Shown one piece after another: positions 10,000 through 19,460 of a stretch of DNA of 64,000 bases (position 1 is its first letter; each line of letters starts with the position of its first letter). This stretch comes from a bacterium (GTDB lineage Bacteria; DRYD01): positions 128,001-192,000 of the forward strand of contig JBCNVB010000013.1 in the NCBI GenBank assembly GCA_039630415.1. Reading direction: 5' to 3'. The notes beneath the pieces were generated by a model. It ran no database searches. It was not told the origin of the DNA and saw nothing but the letters and a program-made list of their open reading frames with translations. Position numbers and translations under genes: made by a program.

Positions 10000-10638
10000 A
10001 TGCAAATTTTTAAAGCTTTAATATTTACCGTATTTCTCTGTCTCAGTTTATCATACTGCTTATCTTTAAAAGGTAACCTAATTTCTACGCAGTTTATCTG
10101 GATACATGAAAAAAATACTACCCAAACAATATATCTAAACGGTCAATTTTACTGTTCTATTCAAGAACGAAAACATAAAAACAAAACTGCCTATCTAGAG
10201 TTACTATTTTGCATGTATAACGTTGATATTAAAATTTATTCTAACAATATCTTTAAGCTAAAAGACAAGTACGATAAGTATTGTAAAAAGTATACCTATG
10301 AATTTGTTGGTAATAAGGTTACTGATAGCTCTAATGATATAACTTCGTGGGAATTTATAAAGCCTTTGCTTGTTTTGTACTATCTCAAGAGGGATTATGT
10401 TTTTCAGACTATTAAAAGCCAAATAAATTTCTATAAAAGGAGTTACATACAAGCAAAAAAATTAACGGAATATGCGGTATATGAAACTTATAATGGGGTT
10501 ACCTTATCAAAAGGGTATGCTACTATTAGGGACAAGAAAATAGAATTCTATTTTGATTCGAATATAGACAAAAAGGTAGTTCGTACGTCTGCTTTTAATA
10601 TAACCTCGAAGTTAAATGCAATCACTTTTATTGAATAA
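10000..10638 (+). CDS. Hypothetical exported protein
   Basis: ORF 9844..10638; ATG at 10000 avoids overlap with wecB and begins a signal-peptide-like MQIFKALIFTVFLCLSLSYCLS. Confidence 0.6.
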   Translation: MQIFKALIFTVFLCLSLSYCLSLKGNLISTQFIWIHEKNTTQTIYLNGQFYCSIQERKHKNKTAYLELLFCMYNVDIKIYSNNIFKLKDKYDKYCKKYTYEFVGNKVTDSSNDITSWEFIKPLLVLYYLKRDYVFQTIKSQINFYKRSYIQAKKLTEYAVYETYNGVTLSKGYATIRDKKIEFYFDSNIDKKVVRTSAFNITSKLNAITFIE

Positions 10639-10646
10639 TATTATTT

Positions 10647-11204
10647 ATGGCTACCATAAGTAAGGGGAAGCACAGCTTGGTACTCATATATGATGATTTC
10701 GTGGAGAAAAGATTCTATCCAGAGTTTTATCCCAATTTTTTAAAAGAGTTAAGAGCACTTAAACAGCTATACAGTTACAATTTCATACCTAAGCTACTGG
10801 GTTATCAAGAAAAGGATCTATCCATAACGATTCAAAGAGCTTGCGGACGTAATTTATCGAGTATTCTTAAAGAGAGTCATACAAACCAATTACTTATAGA
10901 AGAAATTTTCAAAACAATCTTGAAGATATGCATAGTACTAGATATAGAGGGTATTTACAAGGATGAGTGGAATAGACCCTATAAACATGTTTTTGTAAAC
11001 CAACATACGCAAGAGATAAAGATAATAGACTTTGATCGAAGCTTATTTTTCTCAAATAGAAAAAATACTCTTCAGTTTCTATCTTTTATTTTTAACTACT
11101 ATGGAATGCATAAAGAACTGTTTAGTGTAATGTGTGAAATCTCTAGACTTCTAGAGAGCCAAATAATGGAGTACATTAATTGGGATTACCATAATTCGGA
11201 GTAG
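10647..11204 (+). CDS. Small atypical Ser/Thr kinase-fold protein (COG2112-like)
   Basis: SKGKHS G-loop, KE..AL, IPKL, LDIEGIYKDEWNRPYKHVFV, IIDFDRS. Confidence 0.65.
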   Translation: MATISKGKHSLVLIYDDFVEKRFYPEFYPNFLKELRALKQLYSYNFIPKLLGYQEKDLSITIQRACGRNLSSILKESHTNQLLIEEIFKTILKICIVLDIEGIYKDEWNRPYKHVFVNQHTQEIKIIDFDRSLFFSNRKNTLQFLSFIFNYYGMHKELFSVMCEISRLLESQIMEYINWDYHNSE

Positions 11205-12256
11205 CCTTGTTGTATTTCCTCAGGGTGATCTGTTAGTTTTACTGCTGTTGAAAGAGTTATATGTCCTTCTTGAAGCAGTTTTCTTAAACTTTTACCAAAG
11301 GTTATCATACCGTCATATTCTCCATTTAAAATGTATTCATATATTTTACTCATTTCGTTTTCTTTAATTAGAGCTTTTATGGTAGGGGTTGTATTCATGA
11401 TTTCTATTGCTGGAATTAGTTTACCTGTTTTAATACTGCTAATAAGTTTTTGGCATATGATAGTGGATAGTGATTCGGAAAGAGCTTCTTTCACTGTTTC
11501 ACGTTGTTGATCTTTAAACATATCAATTATTCTATAGATCGTTTTTATTGTTGAGTCTGAGTGAATAGTTGTTATAACCATATGTCCTGTTTCTGCTGCA
11601 TTTATTGCTAGGAGAGTGCTTTGTGGATCCCTAAGTTCTCCAACAAAAATAATATCTGGGTCTTGTCTTAAAGCATCTTTTAATCCTTTTTCAAATGAAA
11701 TAGTATCTATACCTACTTCCCTTTGAGTTATAAAGGATTTTTTATCCACAAACATGTATTCTATTGGGTCTTCTATGGTTACTATTCTTTTTGGATAATT
11801 TTGATTTATGTATTCAATTATTGCTGCTGCGGTCGTTGTTTTACCGCTTCCAGCTACACCAGAAATTACAAATAACCCTCTTTGCTTACTAATGGCTTTA
11901 ATTATCAGATCAGTCGGAAGATTAATAGATTCCATGTTTTCTGGCGGATTGAGGATTTTCCTTGCTGCTAGGCCTATCAATCCTTGGGTTTTAAAAACAT
12001 TTATCCTAAACCTTATTTCTCCCAATGATATGCTGTAATCGAAAGATCCTATACTTTCAAGCTCCTTTAAAAGCCTAGGTTCAAAAGTTTCTTTTAGAAT
12101 TTGTAACATATTCTCCACTGATAGAGGTTCGTTACCAAAGAATATTAGCTGTTTATTAATGCGATAGGCTGGTTTAGAACCAACTTTTAAATGTAAATCT
12201 GTAGCATTTACATCTCTATCATTCATTATTTGTAACAGTTTCAGTAAACTATACAT
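11186..12256 (-). CDS. pilT: Type IV pilus retraction ATPase PilT/PilU
   Basis: DLHLKVG, GVAGSGKTTT, TIEDPIE, LRQDPDIIFVGELRD, His box AETGHMVITTIHS. Confidence 0.9.
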   Translation of the reverse strand: MYSLLKLLQIMNDRDVNATDLHLKVGSKPAYRINKQLIFFGNEPLSVENMLQILKETFEPRLLKELESIGSFDYSISLGEIRFRINVFKTQGLIGLAARKILNPPENMESINLPTDLIIKAISKQRGLFVISGVAGSGKTTTAAAIIEYINQNYPKRIVTIEDPIEYMFVDKKSFITQREVGIDTISFEKGLKDALRQDPDIIFVGELRDPQSTLLAINAAETGHMVITTIHSDSTIKTIYRIIDMFKDQQRETVKEALSESLSTIICQKLISSIKTGKLIPAIEIMNTTPTIKALIKENEMSKIYEYILNGEYDGMITFGKSLRKLLQEGHITLSTAVKLTDHPEEIQQGYSELW

Positions 12257-12259
12257 GAT

Positions 12260-13693
12260 TTATATGATTTCATCAATAAAATCGGACAACCTTCCTATCA
12301 TGTTACTTATTATCTTACCTTGATATACTTTTAGCATAGTTTTTACACGTTTAACACTTTCAATTATTTCGGTATGTGGTATTGCTTTTATAAACATTTC
12401 AACTAGTTGTTTATCTAGTCTATTTTTTTCTGCATCATCTTTAAGGATGGAGATTGCTTTGTGGAATGAAAAAGCTGGACGGTAAGGTCTATCTATTATC
12501 AAAGCATCGAACGTATCAGCTATAGATATAATTCTGCTTTCCAAGGGTATTTTTTGATGGGAGTAACCGTAGGGATACCCACTGCCATCTAGTCTTTCAT
12601 GATGTAATTCTGCTATATCTACTATTTCCTTTATGAATTCATATATGGGGCTAAGCAGATTTTTTAATTCTCTAACATGTAACTTAATTATTTCAAACTC
12701 TTCCCACGTTAATTTATCTTTCTTTTGCAAAACTTGATCTGGAACGATTATTTTTCCAAAATCGTGGATAAGAGCTGCTTTGTAAATTCTATCTGCTCTA
12801 TCAGGTTCTAGACTTAACTGCTTAGCTATATTGTAGCTTATCAATGCTACTCTATACGAATGATCAAATGTATATCTGTCTTTCTTTTCAAGTAGATCTA
12901 TAGTGACAGTAATAAAAGTTATAACTTGATTGGAAATGTAAGTATTGTCTGTAGACGATAAAGCATAAATCCCCAAAATAATTGCAAAATATATTTTACA
13001 AGATTCAAAAGTATAAAAGAGTGTAACAAAAAACACCGATTGTATTAAGATTTCAATGATTGTAGAGGTTATTTGTATTTTGGTATGAGTTATAAACTTT
13101 TTAGCGTAATCGTCAACATAAATTACCTTTATGTCTTGATAAATTTGAAAAGCGATTTTTTCTATGAAGTTCCACACACATATTAGGGCTATTAGAAAAA
13201 TCATGGAATTTTTAATATCATTAATCATCAGCAGATTAGGAATATGGTATAGAAATATGAAGGAAACTATGGTTATTATCCATTCAATAAAGTACCTGTT
13301 GAGCTTTTCTTTGTCTATTTCTTTTTGAAGGGTTTCCAAGTAGCTATATCTTTCTTGGGATAAAGCCAATTTAGGTGAGGTATTAAAAAATTTAGTTACG
13401 AAGTGTGCTAATACTATGCTTATATTCGCTACAATCAATGAATAAAGTAATCCCTTACTTAAAGTTATTAGTATAAAAATTGGTTTAAATAAGTCTAGTT
13501 TGGGTAGTACACTTCTATGAAAGTATAGCTCTTTTCGTACCAAAATGGACAGAAAGAGACTTACTATATTAATAAAATCATCAATTGATGTAGAGTTACT
13601 GAAAACACTAAAAAATATTATGATGATTGAAATGAGATAGAAAAGAGGAATAGATACGGTTTCATCTATTTGAATTAAGTTTTTGCTTGTCAT
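12260..13693 (-). CDS. Membrane-anchored HD-GYP cyclic-dinucleotide phosphodiesterase
   Basis: Multiple N-terminal TM segments; DRYTFDHSYRVA, IHDFGK, HHERLDGSGYPYG, ADTFDAL..DRPYR. Confidence 0.9.
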   Translation of the reverse strand: MTSKNLIQIDETVSIPLFYLISIIIIFFSVFSNSTSIDDFINIVSLFLSILVRKELYFHRSVLPKLDLFKPIFILITLSKGLLYSLIVANISIVLAHFVTKFFNTSPKLALSQERYSYLETLQKEIDKEKLNRYFIEWIITIVSFIFLYHIPNLLMINDIKNSMIFLIALICVWNFIEKIAFQIYQDIKVIYVDDYAKKFITHTKIQITSTIIEILIQSVFFVTLFYTFESCKIYFAIILGIYALSSTDNTYISNQVITFITVTIDLLEKKDRYTFDHSYRVALISYNIAKQLSLEPDRADRIYKAALIHDFGKIIVPDQVLQKKDKLTWEEFEIIKLHVRELKNLLSPIYEFIKEIVDIAELHHERLDGSGYPYGYSHQKIPLESRIISIADTFDALIIDRPYRPAFSFHKAISILKDDAEKNRLDKQLVEMFIKAIPHTEIIESVKRVKTMLKVYQGKIISNMIGRLSDFIDEII

Positions 13694-14280
13694 TTTATGA
13701 AGTTTTGTATTTGTTTATAAAGTTCTGATATAGTTTTGTCATTTATGATAACTTTATCGGCTTTTTTTACTTTTTCAAGAGGATCCATTTGACTTTCCAT
13801 AATTTTCTCAGCCAAATTTTGATCTATTTTATCTCTATCTACTATCCGTTGAATACATACATTTTTGGGTGCAAAAACTACCCATATTTCGTCAAACAAA
13901 TACTCTAATTTTTTTTCATACAATAGAGGGACTATAAAGAAAGCGTGTTTTTTTTTATAGCTTTTATTTTCACTAATCGACCTTTTTAGTTTTATAATTT
14001 GATCTATCACTACTGGGTGTAGTATTTTTTCTAATTGTTCTTTTTTGTTAATATCATCAAAGATTATACGTTTAATGCATTTTTTTATCAATCTTTGGTT
14101 TTTAACACATTCTGGGAAAAGTTGTTTAATTTGATCTTTAATGTTGGAGTATTTTTTGTCTTTATAAATAGTGGATACAAATTCATCTGAGTCAAAAACA
14201 AAATATCCTTTGGATATGAGATATTTACCTACCGTTGATTTACCACTACCTATATTACCAGTTATGCCTACATGTAGCAT
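13690..14280 (-). CDS. coaE: Dephospho-CoA kinase
   Basis: GITGNIGSGKSTV, LEKILHP, VPLLYE, RIVDRD, ADKVIIND. Confidence 0.93.
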   Translation of the reverse strand: MLHVGITGNIGSGKSTVGKYLISKGYFVFDSDEFVSTIYKDKKYSNIKDQIKQLFPECVKNQRLIKKCIKRIIFDDINKKEQLEKILHPVVIDQIIKLKRSISENKSYKKKHAFFIVPLLYEKKLEYLFDEIWVVFAPKNVCIQRIVDRDKIDQNLAEKIMESQMDPLEKVKKADKVIINDKTISELYKQIQNFIK

Positions 14281-14505
14281 CTATAGTTTAATGGCTTTGT
14301 CTATTAGAAAAACAGGGATTTCTTCTATGATAGGGAAGAGGAGATTACATTTAGGACATTTATAGCCCTGTATTTCTTGTCCTTTAATTTTTCTTAGTAA
14401 TTCATCTTCGGTTTCTTGTTCATATAGATACTTTTCGACAAATTCTAAATCTGATTTACATTGAGGGCAACACAGCACTTCTAATAGCTCTATGTACTTC
14501 TTCAT
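14281..14505 (-). CDS. Trm112-like (YcaR-type) protein
   Basis: LLEVLCCPQCKSDL...CPKCNLLFPIIEEIPVFL; start at 14505 after an AAGGGGG RBS. Confidence 0.85.
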   Translation of the reverse strand: MKKYIELLEVLCCPQCKSDLEFVEKYLYEQETEDELLRKIKGQEIQGYKCPKCNLLFPIIEEIPVFLIDKAIKL

Positions 14506-14619
14506 ATACAAGTCCCCCTTTTTCTTTGATAAAAAAATTCTATAATAACGCACTATTTCCCTACATGAAGAGAGGTAATTTGTACTGTTTATAGAAAAAT
14601 AAAAACACAGATAAGGAGT

Positions 14620-15279
14620 ATGCCTATAGTTGCAGGGTCTATATTAGGTGGAAATTTGTTGAATATAGAAGAAATTATTAAACTTTCTGAAGAAAGTGAA
14701 ATAGATTGGCTACATTTAGATATAATGGACGGAAACTTTGTACCCAATCTAACTTTTGGGTATGATTTCGTTAAAAAAATAAAAGAAAAAACAAAACTAC
14801 CAGTAGATGTACATTTGATGGTAATAAACCCAGAAAAATATATACACTATTCTGAATACTGTGATATGATAACTTTTCATATAGAAACCACTAACTTCCC
14901 TATGAGATTAATAGAAAACATAAAGAAAATAAGGGATATAAAAGTTGGTGTAGCTTTAAATCCGATAACCAATGTAGAAATAATATCCAATCTGGAAGGG
15001 TATATAGATAATGTTTTGATCATGACAGTAGAGCCTGGATTTGCCGGACAAAAATTTATATCCAACTGTCTAAACAAAATCTACAAAGCTAAACAATTAA
15101 CTAAAAAATGGAAAAAAGATATGTTTATATCAGTTGATGGAGGAATAGATGACAAGAATTATAAATTAGTTTTAGAGAAGGGAGCAAACTATATAGTATG
15201 TGCTTCGTTTCTGTACCAAGACTACTCCAAAACAAAACAAAGGGTTAAGCTAATTAAGAAGGGGGAGAATTATGCCTAG
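14620..15279 (+). CDS. rpe: Ribulose-phosphate 3-epimerase
   Basis: LHLDIMDGNFVPNLTFG, DVHLMV, MTVEPGFAGQKF, VDGGI. Confidence 0.96.
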   Translation: MPIVAGSILGGNLLNIEEIIKLSEESEIDWLHLDIMDGNFVPNLTFGYDFVKKIKEKTKLPVDVHLMVINPEKYIHYSEYCDMITFHIETTNFPMRLIENIKKIRDIKVGVALNPITNVEIISNLEGYIDNVLIMTVEPGFAGQKFISNCLNKIYKAKQLTKKWKKDMFISVDGGIDDKNYKLVLEKGANYIVCASFLYQDYSKTKQRVKLIKKGENYA

Positions 15280-15658
15280 AAAAAAACAAAATAGCAAGCA
15301 AAAAAAACGTCAAAAAGAACAAAATCAATCAACAAACCATGAAATACAACAAAATATAGAAGATCTAGAACAAGACATAGAAATCAATGAAGATAGAGAT
15401 GAACTAAATATAGATAGCCTAAGTGACTTGGATGATCTAGAAACCATAGATCAAGATTACTCCGAAGTCGAAGAAAGCGATTTCTTTGTAACAGAGGATG
15501 ATCTCATAATATGCCCAGGATGCGGAGAAATAATAGAATATGAAAGATTAAAATTACTAGAAGAATGCCCCAGTTGTGGATTAAATATATCAGAATTTGA
15601 AGAAGTATCTAACTACGGAAAACCACCAAAAGATGACTTGGAGGAAGAAGACTGGTAG
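15272..15658 (+). CDS. Hypothetical acidic protein with a zinc ribbon
   Basis: Basic N-terminus, long D/E-rich tract, CPGC...CPSC. Confidence 0.7.
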   Translation: MPRKKQNSKQKKRQKEQNQSTNHEIQQNIEDLEQDIEINEDRDELNIDSLSDLDDLETIDQDYSEVEESDFFVTEDDLIICPGCGEIIEYERLKLLEECPSCGLNISEFEEVSNYGKPPKDDLEEEDW

Positions 15659-15709
15659 TTGAAGGTTTATTAACCCCAATGAAGAAATTCTTATTAAGGA
15701 GAAAATAAA

Positions 15710-16099
15710 ATGGATACAATAACACTCATACTAATCACAATAGCAGTACTTGTATTCCTTACCCTAATAACTGTATTACTAACCAATTTCTTTAATTCTC
15801 TCAATGCTAAAATCGATAAAATACTATCAACTACTGAAGAATTGAATCAAACGCTTAGAAAGGTGCAAGAAATAATTGAAACTACTAAGCCAACTCTGTA
15901 CAATATTCAGGAAATAACTAGTAACCTGAAAAAAATATCCACTAGTGTCTATGAAATAACTTCGGATATTGAGTATATAACAAAAAGAGGTAAATACTCA
16001 GTCCAAACCATGGAAAAACTGGGATTACAGGGAATAAATAAAATCACAGAATTCATAAAAAAAATGGTGACAAGTAAGGATCAGGGGGGAAAAGTATGA
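15710..16099 (+). CDS. DUF948 (YoxC/YtxG-like) membrane-anchored coiled-coil protein
   Basis: N-terminal TM helix then heptad repeats; directly upstream of a YtxH gene. Confidence 0.65.
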   Translation: MDTITLILITIAVLVFLTLITVLLTNFFNSLNAKIDKILSTTEELNQTLRKVQEIIETTKPTLYNIQEITSNLKKISTSVYEITSDIEYITKRGKYSVQTMEKLGLQGINKITEFIKKMVTSKDQGGKV

Positions 16100-16374
16100 A
16101 AGGCGTAGGAGACGTAATAGGAGCATTTTTAATAGGAGTAGCTGTGGGAACAGTAATCGGTATGCTTTATGCTCCACAAAGCGGCGAAGAAACTAGAAAA
16201 TATATCTCCGAAAGAGGATCCAAAACTATAGAAGAACTTAACCAAAAAATGAATAATCTTAAAGAACAATTCGAAAAAATAAGCAAAGAAATATCAAAAA
16301 CCACAGCAGAATTAGTAGACAAACTATCTGATGTATTTGAAAAAAAGCAAGAAAAACAAGAAAGCCAAGGGTGA
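16096..16374 (+). CDS. YtxH domain protein
   Basis: FLIGVAVGTVIGMLYAPQSGEETR signature. Confidence 0.9.
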   Translation: MKGVGDVIGAFLIGVAVGTVIGMLYAPQSGEETRKYISERGSKTIEELNQKMNNLKEQFEKISKEISKTTAELVDKLSDVFEKKQEKQESQG

Positions 16375-16381
16375 TCAATCC

Positions 16382-16726
16382 ATGAACATCGAACTAAGAA
16401 CCGAAAAAATTGATGATATCTACATAGTAGAAATTGAGGGAGAAGTTGATACTTACACATCTTCCAAAATAAAACAAGACATACTCAAAATAGTAGAACA
16501 AACCTCCAAAATAATAGTATCTATGGAAAAAGTAAAATTCATTGATAGCACGGGACTAGGTATACTAATTGGCATACTCAAAAAAATAAAAGAAAAAGAA
16601 GGTGAAATGATAATAGTATCACCTAACTCCTACATAAACCAAATCTTCGAAATTACAGGATTATTTAAAGTATTCAAAATAGTAGAAAATCACCAACAAG
16701 CAATAGATCATATGAAAAAAGGATAA
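16382..16726 (+). CDS. STAS-domain anti-sigma factor antagonist (RsbV/SpoIIAA-like)
   Basis: GEVDTYT, VKFIDSTGLGIL, IFEITGL; start at ATG 16382. Confidence 0.92.
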   Translation: MNIELRTEKIDDIYIVEIEGEVDTYTSSKIKQDILKIVEQTSKIIVSMEKVKFIDSTGLGILIGILKKIKEKEGEMIIVSPNSYINQIFEITGLFKVFKIVENHQQAIDHMKKG

Positions 16727-16731
16727 GTGTT

Positions 16732-17481
16732 ATGATAAATCTAGAGGGTAAAAATGCTATAGTTACGGGTTCATCAAGAGGAATAGGCAAAGCGATATCT
16801 TTAAAGCTAGCAGAAGCCAAAGCTAATGTAGTTATAAACTATAAGTCAAGTCAAAAGGAAGCTGAAGAATTAGCTCAAGAAATATCAGCCAAATATAACG
16901 TTAAAGCTATCCCAATTCAAGCTGATATATCCGACCTAGAACAAGTTAAAAAACTCAAAGAAATAGCTAATCAACAACTCGGACCTATCACCATACTCGT
17001 AAATAACGCTGGAATTAACAACGATAAACTGCTTAGAAACATGACACCCGATATATGGGAATCAGTAATAAAATCAAACTTGTATTCGATATACTACACT
17101 TGTTATACTTTTGTCGAAGATATGATAAATTCGAGATGGGGAAGGATTATAAATATATCCTCTGTTGTAGCTTTGATGGGTTCGGCAGGACAAGCTAATT
17201 ATGCTGCTTCCAAAGCCGCTATAATAGGATTTACAAAATCAATCGCTAGAGAACTTGCTAAAAGAAATATAACTGCCAATGTAGTATGTCCTGGATACAT
17301 AGAAACAGACATGACCCAAAAGTTGGCACCCAAAATAAGAGAAGCTATTATAAACAATATCCCTGTTGGAAGACCAGGACAACCAGAAGATGTAGCAAAT
17401 CTTGTACTCTTTCTTGCTTCTGATCTTTCTTCCTACATAACCGGTGAAGTAATTAATATCAGCGGTGGACTATACATGTAA
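16732..17481 (+). CDS. fabG: 3-oxoacyl-ACP reductase (SDR family)
   Basis: TGSSRGIG, NNAG, ISSVV, GQANYAASK, PGYIETDMT. Confidence 0.85.
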   Translation: MINLEGKNAIVTGSSRGIGKAISLKLAEAKANVVINYKSSQKEAEELAQEISAKYNVKAIPIQADISDLEQVKKLKEIANQQLGPITILVNNAGINNDKLLRNMTPDIWESVIKSNLYSIYYTCYTFVEDMINSRWGRIINISSVVALMGSAGQANYAASKAAIIGFTKSIARELAKRNITANVVCPGYIETDMTQKLAPKIREAIINNIPVGRPGQPEDVANLVLFLASDLSSYITGEVINISGGLYM

Positions 17482-18549
17482 GTGTTTATATTCAGTTTTA
17501 ATCTGATAATAATACTACTCCTAATAACAGGATTTATCTTTGTTGGTAGTGCAAATAACTTCGAATATAAAACTTTCAAACATCTAATATCGATAGTCAT
17601 AGGATTGGTTCTATTTGTGATAACCTCAACAAGTATGATTGCTATTAAACACTTAATATTTAATTCTTGGATACTTTGGATAACTTCTTTTTTAGTGGTA
17701 ATCTCGACTCTATTTATAGGTACAACTGTAAATGGCGCTAAAAGTTGGATATACATAGGTAATTTCTCATTCCAACCTTCAGAACTAATAAAATTTTCTT
17801 TACCTTTTGTATTTGCTTATCTTGCTTATGTAATCAAAAATAAACTTGTATTCTTTGTACTTTCCATGTCGATATTTGGTATAAGTACGATACCAATATT
17901 TTTGCAGCCAGATCTTGGTTTTTCTTTACTTCTTTTTTTTACGACATTGATTGTTAACTATTGTTATGGAATAAATGGATTTATTATTCTTCTTACTATG
18001 GGCCTGTTTATCATAGCTGGAAGTTTTGTAATAAAGCCCTATCAGTTAGAAAGACTTATTACTTTTCTAGATCCATACAAAGATCCTTTGGGTAACGGAT
18101 GGCAAACCATACAAAGTGTTAATTGTCACATAAATGGAGGCTTATGGGGACAGGGAATTGGAAAAGGAATCGTTTCTAAACTTGGATTCTTACCAGAAAA
18201 AGATACTGATTTTATATTTTCTCTGATTTCTGAAGAAATAGGCTTAATTGGGTCGCTGTTAATTATTTGCCTCTTCTTATTGCTAATTTTCCATCTCCTA
18301 ATAATTCATTATAAATCGGTACAAATCGAGCATAAGATAATTTCCGGCTATGTTTTTGGTATCATATTCATCCAATCTTTTATAAATATAGCAATGAATA
18401 CTATGTCTGGTCCAATAACTGGTTTACCTTTACCTCTAATCAGCTACGGAGGAACTAACATGGTTGTGACCCTATTCCTATTGGGTACCATGAATCAAAT
18501 TTATTTCCAAATAGTTCAAAAGCAAAAGATAGACAAATGGATAAAATAA
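17482..18549 (+). CDS. SEDS peptidoglycan polymerase (FtsW/RodA)
   Basis: NGAKSWI, FQPSELIK, LQPDLG, LPEKDTDFIFS..SEE.G, PITGLPLPLISYGG. Confidence 0.93.
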   Translation: MFIFSFNLIIILLLITGFIFVGSANNFEYKTFKHLISIVIGLVLFVITSTSMIAIKHLIFNSWILWITSFLVVISTLFIGTTVNGAKSWIYIGNFSFQPSELIKFSLPFVFAYLAYVIKNKLVFFVLSMSIFGISTIPIFLQPDLGFSLLLFFTTLIVNYCYGINGFIILLTMGLFIIAGSFVIKPYQLERLITFLDPYKDPLGNGWQTIQSVNCHINGGLWGQGIGKGIVSKLGFLPEKDTDFIFSLISEEIGLIGSLLIICLFLLLIFHLLIIHYKSVQIEHKIISGYVFGIIFIQSFINIAMNTMSGPITGLPLPLISYGGTNMVVTLFLLGTMNQIYFQIVQKQKIDKWIK

Positions 18550-18555
18550 GGTTTT

Positions 18556-19455
18556 ATGAGTATTGGTTGGGTAATATTTTCAATAGCTATGGCTTCTTTA
18601 GAACCCATAATAGTCAAATTTTTTTACAATCAGCATCAGCTAAATCCATTTGAAATCATCATTTTTAAAAATTTATTTGCTGGTATAGTTATCATACCCC
18701 TTATATATCTTCTTGGATTTAAGATAAGAGTTTTAGCGATAACTGATATATTGAATATTTCTAGAGTTTCCTTTCTTTTACTTTTCACGACTTCTGCAAT
18801 GATAATATCGTTAAAATATATACCTGCTTTCGTAATGCTCACTATATTCAGTTCAAACCCTGCCTTTGTCACTATGATAAATCAACTAAAAGGTAAAAAT
18901 ACAGTCGATAGTGTTTTTTGGATTGGATTTTTAATTGCTTTCATAGGAATTTGTTTACTTTTGGAAATTTATAATATTAACTTGCATTTTAGCCTTAATT
19001 TCTTTTTAGGAGTTGTTATTTGTTTTATGGGAGTTTTGTCTTCAGGATTATATAGAACAACTCTGGATGAACTAACTCATAGGTATACACCCATAGTGGT
19101 TTCATGTTATATTTTCCTGATCAACTTGATATTTATTTGCATTTTTTTAGGTGGATACTATTTGTCCTCTATTATGAGCTTGATTGAGAGTCCAGATATT
19201 ATTGGAGGCTATGAGGTTTGGGTTGGTATTTATGGAGGTATTGCTGGTGCTCTTGCTAACATAGCTTTTCTATATGCCCTTAACCTACTGGGATCTACCA
19301 AAGTATCTATCCTAAATATGCTTCAGCAACCAACCATTATTCTTCTCTCAGTCATACTACTCAATGAAAAGATAAATGCATATCAGATAATAGGGATTTT
19401 ACTCGTTATACTGGGTGTAAATATTGCTATAAGGAGAATCAAATTATTGAAGTAA
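18556..19455 (+). CDS. EamA/DMT family transporter
   Basis: About 10 TM segments in two repeats; C-terminal LQQP...LLNEKI..YQIIGILLVILGV. Confidence 0.85.
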   Translation: MSIGWVIFSIAMASLEPIIVKFFYNQHQLNPFEIIIFKNLFAGIVIIPLIYLLGFKIRVLAITDILNISRVSFLLLFTTSAMIISLKYIPAFVMLTIFSSNPAFVTMINQLKGKNTVDSVFWIGFLIAFIGICLLLEIYNINLHFSLNFFLGVVICFMGVLSSGLYRTTLDELTHRYTPIVVSCYIFLINLIFICIFLGGYYLSSIMSLIESPDIIGGYEVWVGIYGGIAGALANIAFLYALNLLGSTKVSILNMLQQPTIILLSVILLNEKINAYQIIGILLVILGVNIAIRRIKLLK

Positions 19456-19460
19456 ATTAA

